From positions 128,001-192,000 of the forward strand of contig CAVWFS010000001.1 in assembly GCA_963754315.1 (NCBI GenBank): a stretch of 64,000 nucleotides of DNA. The letters run 5' to 3'. Shown here in pieces: positions 9,461 to 22,258 of the stretch. A model generated the notes under the pieces. The model had not been told where the DNA came from and did no database searches. It saw nothing but the letters and a program-made list of their open reading frames with translations. The translations under genes and the position numbers were made by a program. Positions within the stretch are counted from its first letter, which is position 1; the number at the start of each line of letters is the position of its first letter. This DNA is from an uncultured Candidatus Rokubacteria bacterium. Lineage in GTDB: Bacteria > Methylomirabilota > Methylomirabilia > Rokubacteriales > CSP1-6.

Positions 9461-9546
9461 CGGCTTTGGCCAGAGTGTGGCCCACGCCGGCGGCCCGTTC
9501 AAGCGGCCAGCCCCCGGGTGTTCTCGACCGAGCGGTTGCCCGCCGC

Positions 9547-10415
9547 GTGAGGCGAGGCGCGCTCCTGGTGGTTGGCGCTACCGTGTGCTGGAGCACCGGG
9601 GGACTCATCGCCCGTCTGGTGACGACCGATCCCTGGACGACCAACGTGTGGCGGGGGGAACCTGCGCTGTCGCCTTGGCCCTGGTGGTGTGGATCACCCA
9701 CGGGCGCGCTACGGCGGAACAGTGGCGACGCATCGGGTGGGCTGGTGTCGGGGTTGCCGCCTGCCTGGCCGTCGCCTCGACGTCCTTCATCCTCGCGCTG
9801 GCCCGGACGTCGGTCGCCAACACCTTGATCCTCATGAGCGTGGGCCCTTATGTGACCGGGCTCCTCGGCTGGTTTCTGCTCGGCGAGCGGGTGCGCTTCC
9901 GGACATGGCTAACCATGGCGGTTGCCCTAGGGGGAGCCGTGGTCATGGTCTCGAGCTCCTACGCCCGAGGGGCGGTTGGTGGCGATCTCCTTGGCCTCGT
10001 GATGGCCGGAGCCTTTGCCACGGCGACGGTCCTCGTGCGCCGGCATCCGACAATCATGATGACACCTGCGGCGGCTCTGGGCGCGGGGCTGACGTGTCTG
10101 CTGGCCCTGCCCATGGCGGCTCCGTTCCGGGCGTCGTCCCGCGACATCGCCCTCCTCGCCCTCTTCGGCATCGGTCAGTTTGCCGTAGGGTTCCTCCTTT
10201 TTACCGCGGGCGCCCGCCTGATTCCGGCCGCGGAAACGTCGCTGATCGGCATGATCGAGACGGTGCTTGGACCACTGTGGGTGTGGCTGGCGCTCGGCGA
10301 AAACCCCGGTCTCGCCTCCTTTCTGGGCGGTACCCTGATCGTGGGCGCCCTGTTGGTGCACGCCGGGCTGGACCTGCTCGACCCGCGCCCGCGGCCAGGT
10401 GGTGAGGCGGCTTGA
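9547..10415 (+). CDS. DMT/EamA family transporter (frameshift in G-run ~9653-9658)
   Basis: N-terminal helix RGALLVVGATVCWSTGGLIARL lies in ORF 9466..9828. The rest (SVANTLIL, LLGERV, IETVLGPLWVWLALGENP) lies in ORF 9441..10415. The start codon is uncertain. Confidence 0.8.
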
Positions 10416-10440
10416 CAGCCAGAGTCTGATTAAGTATTTT
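10412..10440 (+). promoter_or_regulatory. Sigma70-type promoter of the hcr/box operon
   Basis: TTGACA (10412-10417), 17 nt spacer, TATTTT (10435-10440) in an AT-rich gap. Confidence 0.6.
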
Positions 10441-10486
10441 GCAATTGGCGTTAAGTTCTACTGAATCTCTGCCAGGCAGGACAGCA

Positions 10487-10990
10487 TTGAAGATCCGCGT
10501 GAGCCTCACGGTCAACGGCGAGGTCCAGGAGGTGCTCGTCCCCGCGCACAAGACCCTCCTGGAGGTCCTGCGGGAGGACCTGCGCCTGACCGGCACCAAG
10601 CACGGGTGCGAGCTCGGCGAGTGCGGCACCTGCACCGTGCTCCTCGACGGCGCGCCAGTTCTCTCGTGTCTGGCCCTGCCCGTCGATCTCGAAGGACGGG
10701 CTATCAAAACCGTGGAGGGCATGGCCGACGGATCGCAGTTACATCCGCTGCAGCAGGCGTTCGCGGAGCTTGGCGCCGCCCAGTGCGGATACTGCACGCC
10801 CGGAATCCTGCTCACGGCCGAGGCTCTCCTCGCCGAGGTTCCGGCTCCCAGCCGGGAAGAGATTCGCGAGGCGCTCGCCGGCAACCTGTGTCGCTGCACG
10901 GGCTACACGAAGATCCTGGAATCGGTGGAGTTGGCCGCCCTTCGGATGTCTGCCCATACGGCGAGGCTGGCAGGGGAGAGGTCGCGGTGA
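10487..10990 (+). CDS. hcrC: (2Fe-2S)-binding subunit, 4-hydroxybenzoyl-CoA reductase gamma-like
   Basis: GTKHGCELGECGTCTV, QCGYCTPG and GNLCRCTGY; probable TTG start after AGGCAGGA; context with the next two genes. Confidence 0.75.
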   Translation: MKIRVSLTVNGEVQEVLVPAHKTLLEVLREDLRLTGTKHGCELGECGTCTVLLDGAPVLSCLALPVDLEGRAIKTVEGMADGSQLHPLQQAFAELGAAQCGYCTPGILLTAEALLAEVPAPSREEIREALAGNLCRCTGYTKILESVELAALRMSAHTARLAGERSR

Positions 10991-13416
10991 GTTCCGCCAA
11001 GTTCTCGGTCATCGGGCAGCCGCTGCCCAAGATCGACGCCTGGGCCAAGGTCACCGGCGATACGAAGTACGCCGACGATCTCGTGCTGCCGCGCATGGCA
11101 TTTGCCAAGCTCCTGCGCAGCTCGTTCCCGCACGCCCTCATCACCCGGATCGATACCACGCGGGCCCGTCAGCTGCCAGGCGTGTACGCGGTCATCACGG
11201 GTGACGACCTTCCCCCCGTGAAGTTCGGCATTCTCCCCGTGTCGCAGGACGAGGAAGCGCTTTGCCGCGCCAAGGTCCGCATGGTGGGCGACGCGCTGGC
11301 CGCGGTGGCGGCGGTGGACGAGGAGACGGCCGAGCGCGCCACGGAGCTGATCGAGGTGGACTACCAGCCACTGCGCGCCCTGATGTCGATCGAGGAGTCG
11401 CTGGCCCACCCCGAGGTACGCATCCAGGAGTATGGGGACGGGCCCAACGTCCACAAGAACGTGGCCCTCCAGTTCGGCGACGTGGAGGCTGCCTTCGCGG
11501 CCGCCGCCCTCGTGCGCGAGGACGTCTTCTTCTTCGAGGGCAACACGCACCTGCCCATGGAGCAGCACGCGGCGGTGGCCCACTTCGGACCCGACGAGAA
11601 GCTCACCCTCTGGTCGTCGACACAGACACCCCACTACGTCCATCGGCTGCTGGCCAAGATCCTCGACATGCCCGCCGCCCACATCCGTGTGATCGCCGCC
11701 CCGGTGGGGGGCGGCTTCGGGGGCAAGCTCGATCCCTTCGCCCACGAGATTGCCGCCTGCAAGCTCTCGCAGGTCACGGGTCGCCCGGTCAAGATCGCCC
11801 TCACCCGCGAGGAAGTCTTTTATGTGCATCGGGGCCGTCATCCGGTGCTGATGTGGCTGAAGACGGGCTTCACGCGCGACGGCGACATCACGGGCAGCCA
11901 CATCAAGACGTGGCTGGATGGCGGTGCCTACGGGTCGTACGGCGTCGCCTCGACCTTCTACACCGGGGTCATCAACCCCGTCACGTACAGGATGCCGGTG
12001 TACAAGTTCGAGGGGGCGCGGGTGTTCACGAACAAGCCCCCCTGCGGGCCCAAACGCGGCCACGGCACGCCTCAGCCCCGCTTCGCCCTCGAATGCCAGA
12101 TCGACAAGGCGGCCGAGCAGCTCGGCCTCGATCCGGCTGACATGCGGCGGCGCATCCTGCACGAGCCTTTCACCAAGACGGCCAACCATCTGACGGTAAC
12201 CACCATCGGGCTCGGCGAATGCATCGACAAAGTGGTCGAGGCGTCCGGCTGGCGCGAGAAGCGCCAAGGGTTTGGCCACGCTCATCCCGGGGGTGGCAGT
12301 CGTCGGCGCGGGATCGGGATGGGCTGCTCGGCCTATATGACAGGGGCGGGGACAGCCATCTACTGGAACAGCATGCCCCACTCGGGCGTGATCATCCGCG
12401 CCGATCGCAGTGGTGGGGTGGCCGTGCTGTGCGGCGCCACCGACATCGGTCAGGGCTCGGACTCGATCCTCGCCTATCTCCCGGCCGAGATCCTCGGTCT
12501 CGATCCGCGCGATATCCGTGTGCATCCGGCCGATACCGATCTCACACCGGTCGATCTCGGCTCGTACTCTTCGCGGGTGACGCTCATGTGCGGGATGGCG
12601 GCAATCCAGGCGGCCACCAGGTTACGCGAGGTCATCTTCAGGGCGGTGGCCAAGAAGCTCGCGGTGGATCCGGAGAGTTTGGTGGCCCGCGACCGCAAGG
12701 TCGGCGTGGCCGACGACTGGGACAAGGCCTTGCCCTTTGCCGATGCGGTTGTCCTCGCCGAGTCGATGCATGGCGTGCTCGCCTTTCCCGGCTCCTACGC
12801 GCCGCCCAAACGGGCGGGAAAGTACAAGGGAGGTGGGGTGGGACCGTCGCCGTGCTACTCATACTCCGCCTGCGTGGTGGACCTGTCCGTCGACGAAGAA
12901 ACCGGCGAGATCATGCTGCACGACGTCTGGGTCGCCCACGACATCGGACGGGCCCTCAATCCCTTGCTCGTCGAGGGTCAGGTCGAGGGATCGATCTACA
13001 TGGGCATTGGCGAGGCCCTGATGGAGGGGCAGGTGTTTCGCAAGGGGCTCCACAAGCAGCCATCGATGCTCGACTACAAGAGCCCGACGACCCTGGAGAC
13101 TCCGAACATCCACACGATCCTCGTCGAAACCGATGATCCCGAGGGACCCTTCGGCGCCAAGGAAGCGGGCCAGGGGCCGCTGCTGCCCGTCATTCCCGCC
13201 ATCGCCAACGCCATCTACCACGCCATCGGCGTGCGCTTCGACGAGGTTCCCATCAGTCCGGACATGATTCTCAGAGGGCTCGAGCTGAAGCGGCGGGGCA
13301 AGCCCGCCCGCATCGGCCCCGAGCGGATTCCTCTCTTCACGTTCAAGGAGCCACTCGTGGTCGAATCGGCGTTCGGTCAGCCGGCCGAGGCAATCGCTGA
13401 GAGGCCCTTCCAGTAA
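10987..13416 (+). CDS. hcrA: Molybdopterin-binding subunit, 4-hydroxybenzoyl-CoA reductase alpha-like
   Basis: XDH-family motifs VGGGFGGK, GPKRGHG, DIGQGS, DLGSYSSRVT and GPFGAKEAGQG; GTGA overlap with the upstream gene. Confidence 0.75.
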   Translation: MSSAKFSVIGQPLPKIDAWAKVTGDTKYADDLVLPRMAFAKLLRSSFPHALITRIDTTRARQLPGVYAVITGDDLPPVKFGILPVSQDEEALCRAKVRMVGDALAAVAAVDEETAERATELIEVDYQPLRALMSIEESLAHPEVRIQEYGDGPNVHKNVALQFGDVEAAFAAAALVREDVFFFEGNTHLPMEQHAAVAHFGPDEKLTLWSSTQTPHYVHRLLAKILDMPAAHIRVIAAPVGGGFGGKLDPFAHEIAACKLSQVTGRPVKIALTREEVFYVHRGRHPVLMWLKTGFTRDGDITGSHIKTWLDGGAYGSYGVASTFYTGVINPVTYRMPVYKFEGARVFTNKPPCGPKRGHGTPQPRFALECQIDKAAEQLGLDPADMRRRILHEPFTKTANHLTVTTIGLGECIDKVVEASGWREKRQGFGHAHPGGGSRRRGIGMGCSAYMTGAGTAIYWNSMPHSGVIIRADRSGGVAVLCGATDIGQGSDSILAYLPAEILGLDPRDIRVHPADTDLTPVDLGSYSSRVTLMCGMAAIQAATRLREVIFRAVAKKLAVDPESLVARDRKVGVADDWDKALPFADAVVLAESMHGVLAFPGSYAPPKRAGKYKGGGVGPSPCYSYSACVVDLSVDEETGEIMLHDVWVAHDIGRALNPLLVEGQVEGSIYMGIGEALMEGQVFRKGLHKQPSMLDYKSPTTLETPNIHTILVETDDPEGPFGAKEAGQGPLLPVIPAIANAIYHAIGVRFDEVPISPDMILRGLELKRRGKPARIGPERIPLFTFKEPLVVESAFGQPAEAIAERPFQ

Positions 13417-14426
13417 TGCTCCGGCTTCCCGCCTTCGAGTACCTGGCGCCGAGGACGATCGCGGAGGCCGTCCACGTGTTCGCTGATGCGGGCCCCGAGA
13501 CCATGCTGGTGGCGGGAGGCACCGATCTCTATCCCAACATGAAGCGGCGACAGTTCGAGCCGCGAACTCTGGTCGGTTTGCGGGCGATCCCGGAGCTGCG
13601 CGGCGTCAGGGGGAATGCCGCCCACGGGCTCAGTATCGGCGCGGTCACCACCCTGACGTCCGTGGCCAGCCACCCGGAAGTCGTGCGGCACTACGGGGCG
13701 GTCGCCACCGCGGCAGGCTTGGTCTCGTCGCCTCAGCTCAGGAACATGGGAACCGTCGGCGGGAATCTCTGCGTGGATACGCGCTGCAACTACTACAACC
13801 AGACTCACCAGTGGCGGAAAGCCATCGGCTTCTGCATGAAGAAAGACGGCGACATCTGCCTGGTAGCGCCCGGCAGTCCACGCTGCTGGGCGGTGTCCTC
13901 ATCCGACACGGCCCCCGTGTTCTGGAGTCTGGGCGCTCAGGTCCGTCTGGTGGGCCCACGAGGCGAGCGGACCGTTCCTCTGCCGATGCTCTACCAGGAC
14001 GATGGCATCACCTATCTCGCCAAGCGTCCCGACGAGATCGTGACGGAAATCGTCCTTCCTCCCGCCGATGGCTGGCGTTCCGTCTATCTGAAGCTTCGTC
14101 GGCGAGGCTCCTTCGACTTTCCCGTCCTGGGAGTGGCGGTGGCGGCGAGGCTGGAGGGTGACGTTGTGAGTGACGCTCGCATCGTTCTCGGCGCCGTGGC
14201 CTCCCAGCCTCGGGAAGCCACGGCCGCCACGGCTGCCGTCCGCGGCGAGCGACTCACCCCCGAGGTGATCGAGCGGATAGCCGGGTTAGCTGCCAGCCCC
14301 GCCAGGCCCCTGGACAATACGGACTTCACCCACCCCTATCGCAAGAAGGTCACGCGGGTCTTCGTCGCGCGCGCGTTGCGACGCCTGGCCGGCCTTCCCG
14401 AGCGCGGGGACGAGGTGCTGGCATGA
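13416..14426 (+). CDS. hcrB: FAD-binding subunit with [4Fe-4S] insertion, 4-hydroxybenzoyl-CoA reductase beta-like
   Basis: AGGTDL and RNMGTVGGNL, plus the Cys-rich insert DTRCNYYNQ..W...GFCMKKDGDIC......RC typical of HcrB. Confidence 0.8.
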   Translation: MLRLPAFEYLAPRTIAEAVHVFADAGPETMLVAGGTDLYPNMKRRQFEPRTLVGLRAIPELRGVRGNAAHGLSIGAVTTLTSVASHPEVVRHYGAVATAAGLVSSPQLRNMGTVGGNLCVDTRCNYYNQTHQWRKAIGFCMKKDGDICLVAPGSPRCWAVSSSDTAPVFWSLGAQVRLVGPRGERTVPLPMLYQDDGITYLAKRPDEIVTEIVLPPADGWRSVYLKLRRRGSFDFPVLGVAVAARLEGDVVSDARIVLGAVASQPREATAATAAVRGERLTPEVIERIAGLAASPARPLDNTDFTHPYRKKVTRVFVARALRRLAGLPERGDEVLA

Positions 14427-14967
14427 CCTCGCTCGGCGCGCGTATCAAGGCGCTCCGGGTCGAGCGCCAGCTTCAGCAGCGCCAGCTTGCCGAGAAGGCG
14501 GAACTGACCCCGAGCCTGGTGTCGCAGATCGAGTCGGGGCGGCTCACGCCCTCCCTGCACACCCTCGGGAAAATCGCGGCCGCGCTCGGGGTCCCCATCG
14601 CCTCGCTCTTCGACAGCGTGACCTCGGGCAAGATCGCCGTGACTCGTCAGCGCGACTACCCGAAGGTGTCCTTCGATGGCTCCGCTGAGAAGTGGGCCGT
14701 GCTGGGGGCGGGACTGTTCGACGGCAAGGTCCGGGCCGTCGTCTCCACGTTGGCCGCGCGCTCGCCCGGGGTCAACACCGACAAGGTGGTCATCAAGCCT
14801 GGCCAGATGAAGCTTTTCTACGTGATCGACGGCCGCGTGACCCTGCACTACAACGGCGACCGCCATCTACTGGAAACGGGTGACAGCGCCCTGCTCGATG
14901 GCGGCACGGCGCACGGGTGGGAGAATCGCGGCGACAAGCCGGCCCGAGCGCTATGGGTGATCCTGGG

Positions 14968-14971
<4 letters not shown>
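14423..14971 (+). CDS. XRE family transcriptional regulator with cupin domain
   Basis: N-terminal HTH_3 (LGARIKALR..SLVSQIESGRLTPSL) and C-terminal cupin (LETGDS..HGWEN). Confidence 0.88.
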
Positions 14972-16658
<1,687 letters not shown>

Positions 16659-16659
<1 letters not shown>

Positions 16660-18077
16660 TGGCGGTTGTGGACTACCTGGAACGGATTCCTAACAACGTC
16701 AACCTCAAGGACAACCGCCGGCTGCTGCGGGCGCTCGAAGAGTGGCAGCCGAAGTTCCTGGACTGGTGGATGGAGATGGGGCCCGTCGGCTACCAGGCCA
16801 AGGAGGTGTATCTACGCACCGCCATCAGCGTGGACCGCGACGGCTGGGCACACTTCGGCTATGTACGGATGCCCGAGTATCGGTGGGGAATCTTTCTGGG
16901 TGACCCCGAGCCGGATCGCGTCATCGGCTTTGGCGACAACAAGGGGCGACCCGCGTGGCAGGAAGTGCCAGGCGAGCATCGCGGGACCCTTCGCCGCCTC
17001 ATCGTCACCCAGGGGGACACGGAGCCGGCGTCCGTCGAACAGCAGCGCCACCTTGGTCGCACCTGCCCCTCGCTCTACGATCTGCGCAATCTCTTCCAGA
17101 TCAACGTCGAGGAGGGACGCCACCTGTGGGCGATGGTGTATCTGCTCGACGCGTACTTTGGTCGCGACGGGCGCGAAGAGTCGGAGGCGTTGCTGCAGCG
17201 ACGCTCGGGAGATCGCGACCGCCCGCGCATCCTCGGTGCCTTCAACGAGAAGACACCGGACTGGCTGAGCTACCTGATGTTCACGTACTTCACCGACCGC
17301 GACGGGAAGTATCAGCTGGCCAGCCTGGCCGAGAGCGGCTTTGACCCTCTGGCGCGCACGTGCCGCTTCATGCTCACCGAGGAAGCCCACCACATGTTCG
17401 TGGGGGAGACCGGGATCGGCCGCGTGGTGCAGCGCAGCTGCGAGCTGATGCGAGAGCACCGTGCTGACGATCCGCGCGCCTGGGGTGGCATCGATTTACC
17501 AACGATCCAGCGCTACCTGAACTTCCACTTCTCGGTGTCGCTCGACCTCTTCGGCTCGGAGATCTCCACCAATGCCGCCAACTTCTACACAGCGGGGCTC
17601 AAGGGGCGCTTCGAGGAGACCCGGCACGGGGACGATCATCAGTTGAAGGACGCGACCTATCAGGTGGCCGGTGTGCAAGGAGATGCCCTGGTGATGCGCG
17701 AGGAGCCGGCCCTGACCAGCCTCAACGAACGCCTGCGCGACGACTACGTCGTCGATTGTCAGCGGGGGGTCGAGCGCTGGAACAAGATCATCCAGAACCA
17801 CGAGGTGCCCTTCGAGCTCAAGCTCCCCCATCGGGGATTCCACCGCGCCATCGGGACGTTTGCCCAGACGAAGGTGTCTCCAGACGGCCGGGTGCTCAGT
17901 CCGGCTGAGTGGGAAGCGCACCGAGACCAGTGGCTGCCCTCGAAGTCTGACGCGGCGTATCTCGAGAGCCTGATGCGGCCTAGCGTGGAGCCCGGAGTCT
18001 TTGCCAACTGGATTGCCCCGCCCCGACGCGGCATCAACGGCCAGCCCATGAACTTCGAGTACGTGCGCCTGGCCTGA
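16659..18077 (+). CDS. boxB: Benzoyl-CoA 2,3-epoxidase subunit B
   Basis: IPNNVNL, QGDTEPASVEQQ, di-iron motifs VEEGRHLWAM and TEEAHHMFVGE, and C-terminal FEYVRL. Confidence 0.95.
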
Positions 18078-18093
18078 AAGGAGGAGACGGCCC

Positions 18094-18573
18094 ATGCCGA
18101 AGGTCATCACTCCCAAGGAGTTCGGACCGCCCCTCGGAATGTATTCCCACGGCATGATGGGGTCAGGGGGACAGATCGTCGTGGTGGCCGGCCAGGTCGG
18201 GATGACGGCGGGGCGGGTGTCCGGGCCTGATGTCGAGTCGCAAACCAAGGCTGCCCTCGAAAATGTGCGCACGGTGCTGGACGCAGGCGGGTGTTCGATG
18301 CGCGACGTGATCCGACTGCAGACGTTCCTGACCAGCGCCGACGACATCGCGGGGTTCATGAAGGCGCGCGAGGAGGTCTTCCCGCGCTACTTTCCGGACG
18401 CAGCATATCCGCCCAACACCCTGCTGGTCGTGAGTCGCCTGGTGCGACCCGAGTTGCGCGTGGAGATCGAGGCGATGGCCGTGAAAGGTCGGCCCCCAAC
18501 GTCGGCGGTGGGCAGGCGGCGAGGGGGGGCGAAGAGGCGGTCGACCCCTCGCCGATCCACCCGCCGTCGCTAG
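18094..18573 (+). CDS. RidA/YjgF family protein with basic C-terminal tail
   Basis: YSHG, VAGQVG, QTKAALEN, PPNTLLVVSRL and VEIEAMA; RBS AAGGAGGA. Confidence 0.85.
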   Translation: MPKVITPKEFGPPLGMYSHGMMGSGGQIVVVAGQVGMTAGRVSGPDVESQTKAALENVRTVLDAGGCSMRDVIRLQTFLTSADDIAGFMKAREEVFPRYFPDAAYPPNTLLVVSRLVRPELRVEIEAMAVKGRPPTSAVGRRRGGAKRRSTPRRSTRRR

Positions 18574-18587
18574 AGCAGCGGCGTACT

Positions 18588-20138
18588 ATGAACGCCGCGG
18601 AGTATCTGCCCGCTCAGTTCAACGTCGCCACGTATTTTGTCGACCGCAACCTCGCGGAGGGCCGCGAGCAGACCCCGGCTTTCCTCTATGAGGACCGCAC
18701 TCTTACCTATGGGGACGTGGCGGACCTCGCCAACCGGGCCGGCAACGCGCTCCTGGAGCTGGGGGTGGAGATGGAGGATCGCGTCCTCCTGATCTGTCTT
18801 GACGGTCCCGAGTTCCTGGGCGCTTTTTGGGGCGCAATCAAGATCGGCGCTGTCCCGGTGCCCGTCAACACCCTGCTGCGGGCCCAGGACTATCTGTACG
18901 TGCTCAACGACAGCCGCGCGCGCGTGGCCGTGGTCTCGGCGCCTCTACTGGCCGAAGCCGGCCCGGTCCTCGGCCAGGCGAGGTTCCTGGCGCACGTGCT
19001 GGTGGCGGGTGGCAGCAATCACCGTCATCTCTCCTGGGAGCAACGACTGGCCAAGGCCTCCCCCGCCCTGGAGGCGGCGCCGACCTCTCGCGACGATCCG
19101 GCGTTCTGGCTCTACTCGTCGGGCTCTACGGGGTTTCCCAAAGGGGCCGTGCACCTGCACCACGACATGGTGATCTGTCAGGAGACCTACGCCAAGCAGG
19201 TGCTGGGCATCCGTTCCACTGACCGCATCTTCTCGGCGGCCAAGCTATTCTTCGCTTACGGCCTGGGCAACGCCGGCTACTTCCCCATGGGCGTCGGCGC
19301 CCAGAGCGTGCTCTACCCACACCGCCCGACTCCCGAAGGTGTCTTCGAGGTGCTCACACGCTATCGGCCGACCCTCTTCTTCGGAGTACCAACACTCTAC
19401 GCCGGGATGCTGGCCGTGAAGGAGGCGGACAAGCGCTTCGATCTATCGTCGCTGCGCCTGTGCGTGTCAGCGGGAGAAGCATTACCCGAGGAGCTCTACC
19501 AGCGCTGGCTCGACCGCTTCGGCGTGGAGATCATCGATGGGATCGGGACCACCGAGATCCTGCACATCTTCCTGTCGAACCGTCCGGGCGCTGTCCGGCC
19601 CGGCTCGTCAGGTCTTCCCGTGCCGGGCTATCAGGCCACCATCGTCGATGACGAGGGCCGGCCCCTCCCCCGGGGAGAGATCGGCAACCTGCGTGTCCAG
19701 GGCGATTCAACCATGGCCTATTACTGGAACAAGCACGAGAAGACGAAGGAGGCGCTCTTCGGCTCGTGGATCCAGACGGGCGACCAGTACTACCAGGATG
19801 CCGACGGCTATTTCTGGTATTGCGGTCGCGCCGACGACATGCTGAAGGTAGGGGGCATCTGGGTCTCGCCAATCGAGGTCGAGGGTACCCTGGTGCGCCA
19901 TCCGGACGTGCTCGAGGCAGCCGTGGTCGGCAAGGAGGACAGCGATCGGCTTGTGAAGCCTCAGGCCTTCGTCGTGCTGAAGGAGGGCGCGCGCGATACG
20001 GACGCCCTCGCCGACGAGCTCAAGGCCTTCGTGAAGGATAAGATCGCACCCTACAAATACCCGCGCTGGATCGAGTTCGTCAGCGAGCTTCCCAAGACGG
20101 CCACGGGCAAAATCCAGCGGTTCAAGCTCCGGACCTGA
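18588..20138 (+). CDS. Benzoate-CoA ligase family protein
   Basis: FWLYSSGSTGFPKG, AKLFFAYGLGN, DGIGTTEILHIFLSN and PKTATGKIQRFKLR. Confidence 0.92.
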   Translation: MNAAEYLPAQFNVATYFVDRNLAEGREQTPAFLYEDRTLTYGDVADLANRAGNALLELGVEMEDRVLLICLDGPEFLGAFWGAIKIGAVPVPVNTLLRAQDYLYVLNDSRARVAVVSAPLLAEAGPVLGQARFLAHVLVAGGSNHRHLSWEQRLAKASPALEAAPTSRDDPAFWLYSSGSTGFPKGAVHLHHDMVICQETYAKQVLGIRSTDRIFSAAKLFFAYGLGNAGYFPMGVGAQSVLYPHRPTPEGVFEVLTRYRPTLFFGVPTLYAGMLAVKEADKRFDLSSLRLCVSAGEALPEELYQRWLDRFGVEIIDGIGTTEILHIFLSNRPGAVRPGSSGLPVPGYQATIVDDEGRPLPRGEIGNLRVQGDSTMAYYWNKHEKTKEALFGSWIQTGDQYYQDADGYFWYCGRADDMLKVGGIWVSPIEVEGTLVRHPDVLEAAVVGKEDSDRLVKPQAFVVLKEGARDTDALADELKAFVKDKIAPYKYPRWIEFVSELPKTATGKIQRFKLRT

Positions 20139-20140
20139 GC

Positions 20141-21427
20141 GTGTACGACCCCGGCCTGGAAACCCTACCGCGCGAGGCGCTCCGTGCTCATCAATGGCAG
20201 CGCGTCCGCGCGCTCGTCGCGGAGGCGCTAGCCGGCAATATCTTTCTCCGGCGAAAGTGGGGTGCGGCCGGTGTCCGCTCTGCAGCCGACCTCGAAACCT
20301 GGGGGGATTTCGCGCAGTTGCCGTTCACCACCAAGGCGGAGCTCGTCGCGGACCAGGCCGACCACCCCCTCTTCGGGACGAACCTCACGTACCCGCTCGA
20401 GCGCTATGTGCGCGTGCACCAGACCTCGGGGACTACTGGCACTCCCATCCGGTGGTTGGAGACGCAGGAGTCGTGGGACTGGTGGGCACGCTGCTGGGGC
20501 TTCGTCTTGGCCGGCGCCGGCGTGACACCAGCCGATCGCGTCTTTGTTCCCTTCTCGTTTGGCCTGTTCATCGGATTCTGGGCAGGCTTCGAGGGGACCC
20601 GCGCACTGGGGGCCCTCGCCATCCCGGGTGGTGGTCAGGACTCGGCGACCCGTCTGGCTTCGATGGAGGCCCTGGGAGTCACCGTCCTGATATGCACACC
20701 GTCGTATGCGCTTCACCTGGTCGAGGTGGCTCGCGAACGCGGCGTCGCCCTCGACAAGCTCCCTGTCCGGGTGACCATTCATGCAGGCGAACCGGGCGCC
20801 GGCATCCCTGCGGTCCGGGCACGGATCGAGGAGGCCTGGGGCGCCCGGGCCTTCGATCACGCGGGGATGACCGAAATCGGCGCCTACGGTTACGAATGCG
20901 AGGAGCAGACAGGACTGCACATCAACGAGTCGGAGTTCATCGCGGAGGTGATCGATCCGGCCACGGGGGCTCCGGCTTCGGAAGGCGAGCTCGTGCTTAC
21001 CAATCTCGGCCGGATGGGCTCACCGGCCGTTCGCTATCGCACGGGCGATCGCGTCCAGCGCGACGATCGGGCCTGCCCGTGCGGCCGGACCTTCATGAAG
21101 CTCGCGGGGGGCATTCTGGGGCGCCTGGACGACATGCTGATCGTGCGAGGCGTCAACGTGTTTCCGTCCGCGATCGAGGACATCGTGCGGCGGTTTCCGG
21201 CCGTTGACGAGTTCCAGATCGAAGTGTCACGCCAGGAGGAACAGGACGAGCTGCGCGTGTGCCTCGACGCCCCCGACGGGATCAACGTAGGCGCCGTGCA
21301 GGAGGCGTTTCGGCTTGGTCTCGGCATCCGCATCGACGTGGTGGCCGTCCCTGCCCGGAGCCTTCCCCGCTACGAGCTGAAGGCGCGCCGAGTGGTCAGG
21401 CAGAGTCAGGAACGCGTGTCGCGCTGA
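20141..21427 (+). CDS. Phenylacetate-CoA ligase (PaaK) family protein
   Basis: HQTSGTTGTP, CTPSYALHL, AGEPG, GMTE, RYRTGD and GRLDDMLIVRGVNVFPS. Confidence 0.85.
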   Translation: MYDPGLETLPREALRAHQWQRVRALVAEALAGNIFLRRKWGAAGVRSAADLETWGDFAQLPFTTKAELVADQADHPLFGTNLTYPLERYVRVHQTSGTTGTPIRWLETQESWDWWARCWGFVLAGAGVTPADRVFVPFSFGLFIGFWAGFEGTRALGALAIPGGGQDSATRLASMEALGVTVLICTPSYALHLVEVARERGVALDKLPVRVTIHAGEPGAGIPAVRARIEEAWGARAFDHAGMTEIGAYGYECEEQTGLHINESEFIAEVIDPATGAPASEGELVLTNLGRMGSPAVRYRTGDRVQRDDRACPCGRTFMKLAGGILGRLDDMLIVRGVNVFPSAIEDIVRRFPAVDEFQIEVSRQEEQDELRVCLDAPDGINVGAVQEAFRLGLGIRIDVVAVPARSLPRYELKARRVVRQSQERVSR

Positions 21428-21738
21428 TAGTGGACGGCCAGCCAGACGGTGGGCTGGCTGGGATCCGTCCATTCCACGCGATGCCGCCGATGTGCGGGAA
21501 TCGTCACGTGATCTCCTGGCTCCAAGGTGAGGATGTCTGGTGTGCCTTCGAAGGAGAGGGCGGCCCGGCCGCGTAGCAACACGACCCACTCATGAAGGTC
21601 CTGGTCGCACCACTGTCCGGGCGGCGTGACCTGGCCGGTGGAGACGATGCGCTCGATGCGGACCCCGATCCCCTCGGCGAGCACGTCGACGGTTTCCTGG
21701 GAAGCACGGTCGGGAAGTTCGCCCCAGAGACTCGTCAT
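21406..21738 (-). CDS. Cupin domain protein
   Basis: RIERIVSTGQ..W.DQ..EWVVLL.G.A..PGD...IPAH.RHRVEWT..TVWLAVHY. Confidence 0.85.
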   Translation of the reverse strand: MTSLWGELPDRASQETVDVLAEGIGVRIERIVSTGQVTPPGQWCDQDLHEWVVLLRGRAALSFEGTPDILTLEPGDHVTIPAHRRHRVEWTDPSQPTVWLAVHYQRDTRS

Positions 21739-22238
21739 CGCGCGAGCCGCTCGATCAGCGCAGTGTGTTGGGGGTGCGATCTGATCAGCTGACGGCGGTC
21801 TCCCAGCTCGAAGTCGGCGAACTCGAAGCCCGGCGCGACGGTGCAGCCCACTAGCGAGTAGGGAGTGCCCGGGAGTGGAGCGGCGCCGAACCAGGTTCCA
21901 GCCTCCACTACAGCTTGCAACGCCTGCCCCTGGTCGGGATCTGTCCCCAGGATGGTCTCGTGGAGACCCCCATGAGGGCGAATCAGAAAGATGGTCAGGG
22001 GGCCTCCCGCGTAGAAGTGCCAGATCTCGTCCGACTTTATGCGATGTAGCCGTGAGACCTCGCCGGCGCGTAGGAGGAAGTAAATCGCCGTGCTGAAGGC
22101 GCGCGCGTCGCCGTACCGGGCTGGGAGATCGGTGCCGGCCACGCCCTCAGTCGATCGGTACGTCTCACGGAAGTGGCCGCCCTCGGGGTGAGGCGTGAGC
22201 CTGAGGCTCGTAATCCAGTCATTTGCCGAGCGGCTCAT
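21735..22238 (-). CDS. Cupin_5 (DUF985) family protein
   Basis: LTPHPEGGHFRETY, STAIYFLL, HRIKSDEIWHFYAG and GCTVAPGFEFADFE. Confidence 0.9.
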   Translation of the reverse strand: MSRSANDWITSLRLTPHPEGGHFRETYRSTEGVAGTDLPARYGDARAFSTAIYFLLRAGEVSRLHRIKSDEIWHFYAGGPLTIFLIRPHGGLHETILGTDPDQGQALQAVVEAGTWFGAAPLPGTPYSLVGCTVAPGFEFADFELGDRRQLIRSHPQHTALIERLAR

Positions 22239-22258
22239 GGCTGCATCATACGACCTTG